From Sminthopsis crassicaudata (lineage: Eukaryota): a DNA stretch of 64,000 nucleotides. The notes below the pieces were generated by a model, which was not told the origin of the DNA, searched no databases, and saw nothing but the letters and a program-made list of their open reading frames with translations. The position numbers and the translations under genes were made by a program. Shown here one piece after another: positions 51,901-63,674 of this stretch. Location of the stretch: positions 930,001 to 994,000 of the forward strand of contig NC_133618.1 in assembly GCF_048593235.1 (NCBI RefSeq), read 5' to 3'. Each line of letters begins with the position of its first letter. Positions within the stretch are counted from its first letter, which is position 1.

Positions 51901-52379
51901 TGCATTGAGCACCTTCTGTGTGCCAGCCATGTGCTAAGAACTGGAAATGCAGGGACTGGCAAGAACAGTCCTTGCCTTCAAGGAGCTAGTATCTAATGGT
52001 GGAAACAACATGAAGACGACTGTGCACAAACAAGACACATGAAGGATTAAACGACAATCTGAGAGGGGAGGCACTAGCTCTGAGGGGATCGGGAAAAACT
52101 TTTGGGCTGGAAAGGGAGGAGGTGGTGAGTTTATGGGGGGCTTTAATATGGAGAATGTTGTATTTGTTCCTGGCGACCATGGGAAGCCATGGAGTTTGTC
52201 GAGTAAGGAGTGACATGGTTGGACCTGTGCTTTCAGAAAATCACTTTGGTAGCTGAAGGGAGGATGGACTGGAGTGGGTAAAAACTTGAGGACAGCAATA
52301 CCCCAGCAACTTTTGCAACAGCCTGGGCATTTGGTGATTAGGCTCCGCACCAGGGAGAGGGGAGGGACAGAGGAGAGAA

Positions 52380-52730
52380 TCTGAGAGATGCAGCAGAAGT
52401 GAAATGGACCAGAGATGCTCAGAGGTGAAATGGACCAGAGATGTTGGGGAGGTGAAATGGATCAGAGATGTTGTGGGAAGGTAAAATGGATCAGAGATAC
52501 TGCAGAGGTGAAATGGACTACAGATGTTGGGGAGGTGAAATGGATCAGAGATGTTGAAGAAGTGAAATGGACTAGAAATGCTGCAGAGGTGAAATGGATA
52601 AGAGATGCCGCAGAGGTGAAATGGACCAGAGATGTTGGGGAAGTGAAATGGATCAGAGATGTTGTGGGAAGGTAAAATGGATCAGAGATACTGCAGAGGT
52701 GAAATGGACTAGAAATGCTGAGGAGGCGAA
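52380..52730. repeat. Minisatellite, about 27-nt unit GAGGTGAAATGGA(C/T)CAGAGATG(C/T)TG(CA/GG), about 13 copies, inside an L2 remnant
   Basis: Unit visible. Flanks (about 51900-53050) resemble L2, for example GAGTTTCAGGTGTTTACTGGACATCCAGTTGGAGATG. Confidence 0.85.
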
Positions 52731-54879
52731 AAATCACCAAAAAAGGCTACAGAAGTAGTATCAGGCCTTGGCACCACATTGGGTGATTGATAGAAAGGTA
52801 GAGGGGGAGGGTTAGGGGTCACTAAGTTGTGGTTTGGACGCATTGAGTTTCAGGTGTTTACTGGACATCCAGTTGGAGATGAGAAATTGAGGCAGAATTG
52901 GTAGATTTGAGGATCTTCAGCACAGAGATGGCATGAAACCCACAGAAGCTGAGAGAGGTCACCAGAAGAAGAGCCCAGCACAGAACCTGAGGGACACCAC
53001 AGCTGCAGGGCACCGGGAGAATGACTAAGAGCATGCCATGAATATCTGCTGATTAAGCAAAGACCCAACAAGTGACATGGGGGGGGGGGGAGTAGAATTT
53101 TACTGCATCCCAAGAGTGGAGAATAGGCTCCTTCGGGAGCCGCACTGGAAAGAGCCCTAGGAGCATCAGAAGCCAGGTTCGGTTCAGCAGCCAGACATGG
53201 TTCCAGAGTGTGCTTGAGGAAACACCCCCCTTCCTTGTAGCAGAGATGCGACTCCATAGCTGTGGTCAGGGGATTTTGCTGAGCTGTTTCTCTGTTGCGG
53301 GACCTCCTCCCACCCTTCATCCACAGGCCAGCGCTCTCCCCCTCCCTTTTAAATCGAGAAATCCTTTGCTTGATCACCTTGCTCATTTAGTCTGGTCACG
53401 ATTCAATTTCTGGACTTTCCGCTTCTTCCCCAGCTGCCCCGACTTCCTTGGGTCCCTCACTCTTTCTCCTTCCCTCCCCCTTTCCAGCTCTTTGCTTCCT
53501 GAGGACAGGAGCTGTCTGTCTTGTCTTTGTTTCCCCCACACTCAGCACCATACCTGGCACACAGTAAACTTTTAACAAACGCTCTCCATGTTGGAAGCAG
53601 CCATTTTTACATGGGGGAGGGGCCATTAGAAATGGGCAGGATTTCAGAAATAAGTGGCATCTGTGCAGTCCAGTGTAGTGTCTCTGAATTCGAAGATCAG
53701 ACCCTCCTACAGCAGCCGGCAGAGGTTTCTTGGGCCATGCAAGGACGCAGCTGGATTCAGCCGGGCCCGCTGGTCAGAGAGCTCCCCTCTGCACTTAGAC
53801 ATCAGCCGGTGGAGGCGGCGGCAGACAAGTTCCAGACCCACGAAGGAATCCAAGCCCAGCCTCCATGGTAGGGGGCGGACCTGCTACCCCCTCAGTACAA
53901 CTTTATTTTTTGTTTTGTTTTGCTTTTTTGCTTTAAATCAGAAAAGGACACACTTCTTTAGTGCTGGGGGGGGGGCACCTGCTCCAGTTTCTGCAAAACT
54001 GCCCCTTCTGTCTTTCTGAAACTTGGGGAAGGAATTATAAGCTGTTGGTTTTTGGCAGGTAATCACTCAATAAACCTTTATTAAGCACCTGCTGTGTGCC
54101 AGGCGCCAAGGTACAAAAAGACCCAGTCCCTGACCTTGTGGAGCTTACAATCTAGTTGGGGGGTCGGGGCTGGGGACGACAATACGCAAAACAAGTTAAC
54201 AGGAAAGGCACTGCCGTGAAGAAGGGTTAGGGAGGGCTTCCTGGAGAAGGGGGCTTTTTGAATTGGGGAATGGAGAAGGGAGAGTGTTCCAGCCTGGGGG
54301 ACACCAGCGAGAATACCCAGAGCTGAGATGGGGGAGCCCCCAGAAGCCACTGCAGGGTGTGAGGATGAGGGTCTGGTTCAGAGGAGCGGAGGGGCGTGTC
54401 TGGGAGAGGCTGCTGAGACGGAAGCAGGGGCCTTGGCGCCATGTTGGATAAGCCAGTGGAGGGAGGCGGGGAAGAGTTCTTGAAGGATCCAGGGCGACTG
54501 TGGAAGTGGGGGGGATGCTGCATTCGGAGCAGTGGGGAGGGAGGGGGAGAGGATCAACATCAGGAAATGTCTTCGGACATATGGAATGGGAATAAGGGAA
54601 ATGTCTTTCAGGCTCCAAGAAGGGCTGTGGCCCGGCTACCTGGCAGCTCTGGGGATAAGTACCTGGCAGCTCTGGGGATAAGTACCTGGCAGCTCTGGGG
54701 ATGAGCAGAGGCCGGCAGGCTCCGGGGAAGCACCAGCCTGAGCGCTGGCGTGGGATTACCTTCCCACTTCACATTTTGAGCCCCATCCTTCTTAAAGCCC
54801 GGCGGAAGCCAGGCTGGGAGCTAGAGTCCAAGGCCTTCGCCGGGCGTGGCGCTGCTGGGCTGGGCTCAGGGCCCCGTGG

Positions 54880-57800
54880 TCAGAGCTGTGGCTCCACCCT
54901 GGGCTCGGCTGGGACTGGGGGTCCTGGCGTGGACACCTCCTTCCTGGAGAAGAGAGCCAAGCTGAGGGTGGGCTCCCGCTCCCACCGGCCCCCACGCCCT
55001 CCCTCCAAACCCGGCCCCTGCGCTCCCCTCCCCACCCCAAACCTCGTTTGCTCAAGATGGCCCCCTCCCTTCCCCAAGCTCCTCCACCAGCCCCCTTTCA
55101 TCTCCTAGCCAGCTGCCCCCTCTCGTCGTCTCCCCTAACTATTCTCTCATTGCTGCCTGGGGCATGGCCAGCTCTCCCAAATCCCGGGCCCTCACTGACC
55201 TTCTCTCTCCCCCATCCTGGCTAGACTCTGCACTCGGGGCCTCCACTTTCCCCCCACCGCCTCCTAGACCCCTTCCAACGAGCTCTCCCAGGGGACCAGT
55301 GGCCTTTCCTCCATCCTCAGCTCTCTGCAGCCTGTGGCCTCTCCTTGAGCCTCCCTCCCGTCCTCCTCCTCCGGCTCAGTCTGCTTCTCTCCAGACCGTG
55401 CCCTCCGACCCCCAGGGCTTCCCCCCCACGCTGCGGCAGCGGGTGCTCTCCCCGCTCCCGGGATTCACTAGGGCTTGGCGGAAGGTTCCCCAATTTACAG
55501 CTCTCGCCTTAGCCCTTCCCGGACTCCGGGGCCATTCTCCACCCGCCGGCCCTCTCCCCGGTCACTGGGCCCTTCTCCCCGAGCCTCGGGTCAGCGCGGC
55601 CAGGCTGGGAGTGCGCCGGGGCCCACCTCAGCACATCCAGCTTGCGGGCGGTCTCCTGGCGCCGCTGCTCCGTGATGGGGTACGCCGACAGAATGGCCAG
55701 CCCCAGCAGCACCATGCTGGTGGGGACGGCTCCGATCAAGACCTTGAGCGCCAGGACCGCCTGCTCAGACTGCTTACAGGCCCCGGACTCGTACCCTGCG
55801 AAGCTGAGACGACCCCGTAAAGCCCCTGCCCTCCCCGGCTCGGAGCCCAGGCCCGCAACGCGGCGGATCGAGGACCCCCGAGGAAATTGTGTCACTGGGA
55901 AACAGGGAGGGAGGGCGACTCGGTGGAAGTGATCTGTCCTCGGGGACCTCCCCAACCCCTGGGACATCAGGGGGGCAGGATCGACCCGGGAGGAGCCCAA
56001 ACACTCTCCGGACAGAAAGCCCCCCGCCCCGGGGCCCCAAGGCTGCACAAGGAGGCCAGGCCCCCTCCCGGCCCCCCCCCCCCGGCCCCCTCACACCCCT
56101 GCTCCCCTCGGGCCCGGCCCCCCAGCCTCCGTCACTCACTCCAGGCTCAGGGTGGAGATGCCCAGGGCCGCGGCCCCCGACAGCTTGGTGAAGAAGACGT
56201 AGGAAGAGTAGAAGATGGTTTCCAGGTCCTTCAGAGGAAGTCTCTGGAGCCTGAAGTCGTCCACGACGTCGGGCAGCATGGACCTGGGACAGAGCCCCGG
56301 GTGTGGGTGACCCCGCGGGCCACCGGCCCCCCCCAGCGCCTCCTTCCTCTCTGCTCCAACTCAGGGTGGGGGGGGGAGTGCCAGGGGGGAGCGCTGGGCC
56401 CGGAGAGGGGAAACCCGAGTCAGGACCCGTTCCTCCCCTGCTTGGGCCTCCCTCCCGGGGTGGTCTGGGGGGCAGTGAGAGGAGGATTGTGGGACACTCA
56501 GCACAGGCCTGGGCACACAGGAGGGGCTACATGCCCATCCCCCCCCACTGGGCTCCCTCGCACCCCAGAAGCTCCGGGGCCTCCCAGCCTCCCCAGCCTG
56601 TCTGGGCACAGATGGGAGCCTTCCAGCTTGCTTTTGCCAAACCCACAGCCCCCCTCCGGTCCTGCCCGCCTCTCCCTTCGGTGTCCCTGACCTCCCCCTG
56701 CCCCCGCCGCCCACCCAGAGGAGCCTGGCCCTGGCCACCTACCAGGGCAGCAGCGAGGCCACGGCAATGCTGGCGCCGGACACGAAGGCCACGCTGTAGG
56801 CCACGGGGGCGGTGGGCACGGCTGCCAGCAGCAGCGCAGAGGGCACCATCGCCTGTGGAGGGGAGGGGCCGTTAGAGGCCGCTTTAACCCCCCCTGGGCC
56901 GCCCCCCCTCCTCACTCACCCCGATCCCGCAGGCTGCGGACTTCTTCCCCACTCTCAGCAGGAACCATTCCCAGAAGGGGGTGCTCAGGACAGCGGCCAC
57001 CTTGGGGGAGGGGAACCGGGCTGTCCACACCGTGGGGGGCAGGGAGCTCCAAGCCCAACCAGGGCCCCGACAGTGACCAGCGCCTGCAGCCGGGGCCTCC
57101 ACCCCCCGTGTGACCTGCTCCCCTCCTCCCCATGGCCTGTCAGGCCCCCTCACCAGCACCAGCAGCACCAGGTTCTGCGTGTGGCTGTGCAGGGGGGCCG
57201 CGTGGGTGCAGAACAGGACCAGATAGCTCTGCTGAACCTGTGGGGGCGGGAGGGCGCGGCTGTTGGGGGGGGCCAGGACCCGGGCTCCGAGGGCCGGCTC
57301 CGTGTTCTGGGGGCGCCTCCGGAGGGGGAGGGAGAAGTGTCAGCCATCCCGGGGCTCTACCCGGGTGGGGAGGGGGGGGGCGGGGCTGGGGCTCTCGGAG
57401 GACAGGGTGGGGGAGGGGCCGGGCCCGGAGGTACCTGGACGGCGGCGGAGATGAAGAGGAAGGCAGCCACGAGCCGCTGGTAGGGCTGGTGCCGGAGGGT
57501 GTGGCCGAGGCCCTGGAGGAAGGGGAGCCCCCTGCGCTGGAGGCCGCCGAGATCTGGAGGCCGCGGCAGGCGGAGCGTTAGGAGAGGGTCCGCCCTTCGC
57601 ATCCCCCGCCCGCCCCCCGACCCCCCCTCCCGCCGCCCCCTCACCGTCTTCCTCCGAGGTCCCCAGGGCCAGCAGGGCGGCGCACAGGGGGTAGGTTCCC
57701 GCGACGACCCCCGCGGCGATCATGTAGCGCTGGCTCTGTGGGAAGGCGCGGTCACGGGGGCCTGGGCCCGCCCCCGCGGCCCCCCCAGAAGGGCCCCCGG

Positions 57801-60608
57801 CTCACCGTGTGCGGAGGGGCGCCCGAGGCCGGAGACGGCGGGGGGGCCGTGAGGTTGGCCTCCGGGCACGCGGGGGCCTCGTGGGCGCCGGCCACGATGA
57901 GGCCGTGGGCCGTGGCTCCGATCAGCGTGCCGGCCATCTCCATCGTCATCCTGGGGGGGCAGGGCCAGGGTCCCGGGCTCACCCTCCGGGCTGGGGGGCG
58001 CCTGCCTCCACCTCCCCCCAAAGTGAGCCTCAGGAGCTGCCCAGGAAGCCCTCAGTCTCATCCAGGCTCCCTCCCCCCCCTCCCCCACCGCATCCCCACG
58101 ACGGGGCTATCTTTGTGTTCCTAGTGCTTGGCACACAGCAGGCACTTAATACTTGCTCACGAGTCCGGGAGCCCCGGACGCCCCCTGAGCCACTCACGAT
58201 AGGCAGTGGCCGAGTCCCTCTCCTGCTGGTCCCGAGTGAGGAACATGGTGAGGGCCGAGTAGGGGACCTGCAGCAGCTGGAGGAGGGGGCGCGTCAGCGC
58301 CTCGAGGGGGACCAGCCCCGCCCCCCCCCCTCCCGCGCCCCGGCCCGAGCCCTCACCGTGGACAGCGCCTGGAAGAGGCAGTAGAAGGCCCCGTACCAGA
58401 GCGCCCGCAGGCGGCCCACGGGGGGCAGGAACCACAGCAAGAAGTAGGTGAGGCCCAGGAAGGGCGAGCAGCCCAGGATCCTGGGGGGGGGGGGGGAGGG
58501 GGGGGGGGAAAGAAAGGTGAGTCCGGCCTCCGTCCCTCAGGACGGGCCCCGCCCCCCCCGCGCCCCCCCCTCCCCCCCCCCCCCCCCCCCGCTCACCAGG
58601 GGGTGAGGCGGCCCAGGCGCGTCCTTGGGCTCCGGCTGACGAGGAATCCGGCCGCGGGGTCTGCCGCCGCCCCCGACAGCCTCCCCGCGAACAGGACGAG
58701 CGAGGCTTGGGCGGCCGGGATCTGCGGCCACAGGAGCAGAAGTGAGAGGGCGCCGGGCCTTCCCGGGGCGGGGCGCCCTGGCCGGGGAGGGGGGCTCTGG
58801 CGGGGGGGGGGCGGGGGGGGGGCTCTGGCCGGGGGGGGGAGGGGGGCCGGCGGGAGGCTCTCACCCGGGCCACGTCGAGCAGGAAGAGCTGCAGGTAGAA
58901 GGCTGCTGCGCTGGAGGCCGCCTGGTTGGGGGCGCCCCCAAGGCTGTAACAGAGCTTGGAGATCACGGAGAGGCGCCCACCGGGACCATCCTGGGGAGAG
59001 GCGGGTGTCAGCGGCCCCGCCCCCCCCCCGGGGGCTTCAGAGCCCCGCGGCGGCGCCATGGGGGGGGCTCTGGCCTTCGTGGCCCCATGTATACAGCGCT
59101 GCCTGCCTGATAAATACCGCTCTGCCTGATGCATACAGCTGGCTCCTAATAAATGCTCAATGAATGGGATCGATGGAGGCGAACGGAAGGAAGGGCTGAG
59201 AGGCAAGGCCTGTCCCGCAGGCTCCGGGCCCGGATGTGGTTGGCCTCCCTGGAATCTCCGAGCTGTGGGGCCGCGGGCGGGCGCCCTCCTAGCGGGGGTG
59301 CGTGTGCATGAGTGTGAAAATGAGGGCAAGAATCTGGAACTATGCCCCAAAAGTTATCAAAATGTGCGTCCCCTTTGAGCCAGCAGTGCTACTCCTGGGC
59401 TTATATCCCAGAGAAATACTAAAGAGACCTGTATGTGCCAAAATGTTTGTGGCAGCTCTTTTTGTTGTAGCTAGAAACTGGAAGATGAATGGATGTCCAT
59501 CCATTGGAGAATGGTTGGGTAAATTGTGGTATATTAAGGTTATGGAATATTATTGCTCTGTAAGAAATGACCAGCAGGAGGAATACAGAGAGGCCTGGAG
59601 AGACTTACATCAACTGATGCTGAGTGAAATGAGCAGAACCAGAAGATCACTATACACTTCAACAACAATACTGTATGAGGATGTATTCTGATGGAAGTGG
59701 AGGTCTTCAACATAAAGAAGAGCTAATCCAATTCCAATTGATCAATGATGGACAGAATCAGCTACACCCAGAGAAGGAACACTGGGAAGTGAATGTAAAC
59801 TCTTAGCACTACTGTCTATCTACCCAGGTTACATGTACCTTCGGAATCTAATAATTAATGTGCAACAAGAAAATGGTATTTACACACATATATTGTATCT
59901 GGGTTATATTGTAACACATGTAAAATGTATGGGATTGCCTGCCATGGGGGGGGGGGGAGGGAGTGGAGGGAGGGAGGGGATAATTTGGAAAAATGAATAA
60001 AAAAAAAAAAAAAGAAAATGAGTGCAAGAGGGCACATAAGGATGCGGGAACATGCATGAGTGTGCGTGGGAGAGAGTGTAGACGGCCGGCCAGGCGGGTG
60101 CAGAGCCTCCAGCGGGGTGGGAGGGCGGCCGCTTGACCATAGCCCCTTGTCCCCCTCCCCCCCCGGCTGCAGAGAAGGTGCGGGGGTCTGCGCCAGCCCC
60201 GGGAACCGTCCTGGGGAGGAGCGGGCGCCCAGGCCGCCCCGGGGCCCCACCCGCCGCCCCGGCCCTCCCTGGGCCCCCTCTAGCCGTTATCTGGCAGCTC
60301 ACGCCCTCACACTTCCCCAGCCGCGGAAAGCCAAGTCATAGAGAGCGGTGGGAGGGCCGCGGGGGGGGGGGGGGGGGGGAGGCTGGCTCCGAGAAAGTCC
60401 GGAAGCAGTCCCCCTCCCCCCTTCCACCCCGCTCGGGGGCCGCCGGCCCGCAGCTGCCTCCCGTATCCGCGAGAAACTGTGCGGGAGGAAGCCCGGCCGC
60501 TGCTGACCCCCGGCCTAGCGCCCCCCCCCCCCGCTTCACCTGAGGGGGCTCCTCCTCTTCCTCGAGGATCCGGGGGCCTGGGTCGCGATCCCGAGTGGAA
60601 GCTGCCAT
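54880..60608 (-). CDS. MFSD2B: Sphingosine-1-phosphate exporter MFSD2B, complement(join(54880..54943,55627..55803,56140..56283,56743..56852,56920..57000,57154..57237,57435..57553,57645..57735,57806..57950,58198..58276,58357..58480,58597..58721,58865..58990,60540..60608)); 1 nt short at the exon 5/6 junction as assembled
   Basis: [28 protein letters not shown]; [18 protein letters not shown]; [12 protein letters not shown]; [13 protein letters not shown]; [28 protein letters not shown]; [10 protein letters not shown]. All introns are GT-AG. The chain totals 1538 nt against 1539 needed. Exons 1 and 14 are less certain than exons 2-13. Confidence 0.88.
59332..60013 (+). mobile_element. Young 5'-truncated L1 in MFSD2B intron 1 with target-site duplication
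   Basis: [43 protein letters not shown], then 3'UTR and poly(A). GAAAATGAG(G/T)GCAAGA at 59316-59331 and 60014-60029. Confidence 0.9.
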
Positions 60609-61259
60609 CCGGCCGCCGCCTCTACCTCGGTGTCGTGGCCACCAGGAGCGCCGGCTCCTCTTCTTCTGGAGCCGGGGCTTGGGGGCGGGGCTGGAGAGGG
60701 CGGGGCAGGAGGGGGCAGGAGGACCCCCGCCCTCCAGATGCGCTGGGGAGGAAGAGGCCGCCGGGGTGGGGCCGAGGCCGGGTTCTGGGATCCCCCAGCG
60801 GAGGGGCCCGCCGGAGGCCGGTTGGGCCTTCAGTCTCCTTCCCGTGGAGGCCGGGGTGAAGGCGGAGCGGGGACCTGGGGGCCCCGGGACGGGCGCTCGG
60901 GCGCTGCGAGAAGCAGCGGGGGGAGTGAGGGGAGCGCGGCCCAAGAGCCAGGACCTGCCCGGGCTCCCGGCCAGGGAGGGATGGAGCGGCCGCGGCCGGG
61001 CGGAGGCTGGAAAGGCGCGGGGAGGAAGCCTTCAAAGCAAAATGTGGCCAGTGTGGTGCCCTGCGCCAGGCCGAGCCCAGACTGCCGTCCTGGGGGGAGG
61101 GGCGCCAGGCTCTGGCCGCGGGCACCGGCTGCCTCACCCCCTTCCCCTTCCCCAACCCGGAGCAGTTTTCCTGGCGGCCCCTCCCCCCGGCTGCCTCCAG
61201 AAGGCACCTTAAAAAGGATTGGGGGGGGGTGTATATTTGACACATCCGCACTTCTATGG

Positions 61260-61450
61260 ACATTTACGCCCACATAGACATGGATGCATGTTCATGCCCA
61301 CATATTCCACCCGGATCCCACACACACACATGTATGTTTTACACACGCACAGACATAGTACCCACACCTATTTTACAGATATTGCACATTTTTACACACA
61401 CAGACACACGTACATATTTCACACACACATGTAAACATTACACCCACACA
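61260..61450. repeat. CA/TA-rich low-complexity tract
   Basis: Degenerate alternating purine-pyrimidine sequence. Confidence 0.7.
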
Positions 61451-62054
61451 TTAAAGACAGGTCAGGCCCGCCCCCCACCAGCCGCGCCTCCTCCGGAGGT
61501 GATTCTGGGTGAAACGGGATCGTAGCGGCGCCGTCTCCCACGAGGGGGGAGGGCCACCTGAAGCCACACGTGAGGAAGCCCACGGCACACAGTAGGGCCA
61601 CACACGGCGCCCTTTCCCCTCCCGTCTTAAGTAACGCGGCCACACGGGCCGTTCCTGACTGAGGGAGCGCAGGGCCCAGAGTTCACATGGGACCGCGGAC
61701 GCTTCCTGGCCCCGCCGTGATCTCCATTTCCCCGTTCCCCTCGTTGTAAAAGGGGCTTTTCCGTGAGTGACCGGACGCGTCCGAGGGCTTCGGGCCGGGC
61801 TGACGGAGGGTGCCGGCGAGCCCGGGCGCCCGCATCTAGAGAAAGGCGCCGCTCTGGCTCCCGCCGCACTTGTCAGACCCTGTGGCCATTCCCTCCTGCC
61901 TCCCCCGCCCCCCCAGCCTCCCAGGGCGTGCTCTCCACATGGGGCTCGCCCCTCGGACGCGCGTCTCCCCAGTCCCGGAGGCAGCCACACCTGGAACGCA
62001 GGCGCTTTCTCTGGGTTTTCAACATGAGCGCTGCCCCAGGTGGAGCTGGAAAAA

Positions 62055-62240
62055 CACTCACACACACTCACAGCCTCACACACTCACACTCACTCACTCT
62101 CACACACACTCACGGTCTCTCACACTCACACACACTCACGGCCTCACACACTCACTCACACACTCTCACACACACTCACGGCCTCACACACTCACTCACT
62201 CACACACACACACTCACGGTCTCACACACTCACACTCACT
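62055..62240. repeat. (CA)n/CACT compound microsatellite with internal CACGG(T/C)CTC units
   Basis: Directly visible. Confidence 0.9.
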
Positions 62241-62292
62241 GTGCCCCTCTCCTGCCCCGGACACAGACAGAGGCACTGGGCGGTTTCCTAAC

Positions 62293-62298
62293 TTTATT
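62293..62298 (-). terminator. Probable UBXN2A polyadenylation signal AATAAA (minus strand)
   Basis: TTTATT on the plus strand, about 1.2 kb past the UBXN2A stop. Confidence 0.6.
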
Positions 62299-63481
62299 TA
62301 GAACACTGAGTCTCCACACTGACCGATGGCCGGGGAGAGGGGGAGGCCGGGCAGACGCCCACGTCCCGACGAGCCTTTCCGGTGACCGTCGTCCTAAATG
62401 CTTTAAGGCACTGAAGTCTGCCCCTTGCCCCTCGGCGGGCCGGAAGGGGCCGCTCCCTGTGGCCGAGACCCGCCCGGTGCCCTGGAAGCCCCACGGGTTC
62501 TAACAGTCGAAGGTCAGGAGGACTCCTCCCCATTCTCCCGCAGAGAAGCCGGGGACCCACGCCGGCTCTCATCCCTGGGCAGGAGCGGTCTGCACAGTTC
62601 CAGGGCAGATTGCCGCCCGAGGCTCAGAACCCCACTCTCCCCTGGAGAGCCGGCCAGCGGGCGCTCCCTCCCCCCGAAGGAGCTCCTGCCCATCCCTGGG
62701 CATTCTGCCAATGCCAAGGGAGGGACCAAACTGCCGGGCAGGATGGGGGCGGGGGACAACCGCCGGGGCTGTGGCCGGTCCTCCAGCAAAGCGGCCTCCT
62801 CCACGTCCCCCAGGGATCGGGCACGGGGGGGGGGTTTGGGGGCGTCCGCCGTCCTAATTCGCTGGGAGCAAAGCGCTGCTCTGCTGAGGTTTCTGGGGGT
62901 TCTCGGCAAACGGAACGAAGGGCGCGCCATGCTGCGGGTGCGGGACGGGACTGGAGGAAGGCTCGGGTTCCCTTGCAGCATTTTCCAGGAGTACGAAGCC
63001 CACGAGAGCCCACGCCACGTGGGGCTCCCTGCAAAGGAGGGAGGGGCCTCCACTCCTGTTTCTTTCTCTGCCTTAATTGCTTGTGCTTAGAGTCGCCATA
63101 GAAAGAATCCGGGGGAAGGCCCCGCCGGGGAGCTCAGCCGCCGCGTCCGCTGGAGCTCCCGACAGGAGCCGGCGTCTGTTTGACAGAGGTGGGCGGGAGG
63201 GGAGACCCTGAGGAGCGGGCCCCTGGGGGGAGCAGAGGGACGTCCAGAGAGCTCGTTCAACCTGAGGCTCCGGCCCAGGGCCAGGAGAAGATGAAGCATC
63301 TACCATTTCCAAGGGTCACCTAGAACGAGCCGGACCCAAGACCCCCGCTGTTCGCCGGCAGCCCCCCATCCAGCCGCATCCCGCCGCTCCCGGCTCCCCG
63401 CCGTGATCTCTGGGAGAAAAGGGCCGGGAGGTGCCCGGAGAGCAGCCAGGGGCCCCCCAGCCAGTGGCTCCAGCGCCAGGG

Positions 63482-63674
63482 TTAGGACAGGCCCTGCAGG
63501 GCGGCGTGAGGGGCCTGGCGCCTCTGGATGACCACGGCGTTCTGCAGCTGCGCCTCCTCTAGTGTGAGGGCGTCGTCCAGCAGCCTGAGGCCGGGAAGAG
63601 CGGTGACCAGCGCGAAGGGCCGGCTCCTCTGGGGGCCTTCGTACCTCCTGATGAAGTCTCGGACGTGGCTCACC
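63482..63674 (-). CDS. UBXN2A: UBX domain protein 2A, last coding exon (partial gene; the rest lies beyond the window)
   Basis: Acceptor CCTCCCTCCCCAG|G, then VSHVRDFIRRYEGPQRSRPFALVTALPGLRLLDDALTLEEAQLQNAVVIQR...*, the UBX domain C-terminus. Synteny next to MFSD2B. Confidence 0.9.

Noticed and set aside
55590-55620. RRTPSLA-like peptide right after the MFSD2B exon 13 donor, resembling the human C-terminus
   Set aside because: Out of frame with exon 13 and only a few nt into the intron, with no usable acceptor; treated as coincidence.
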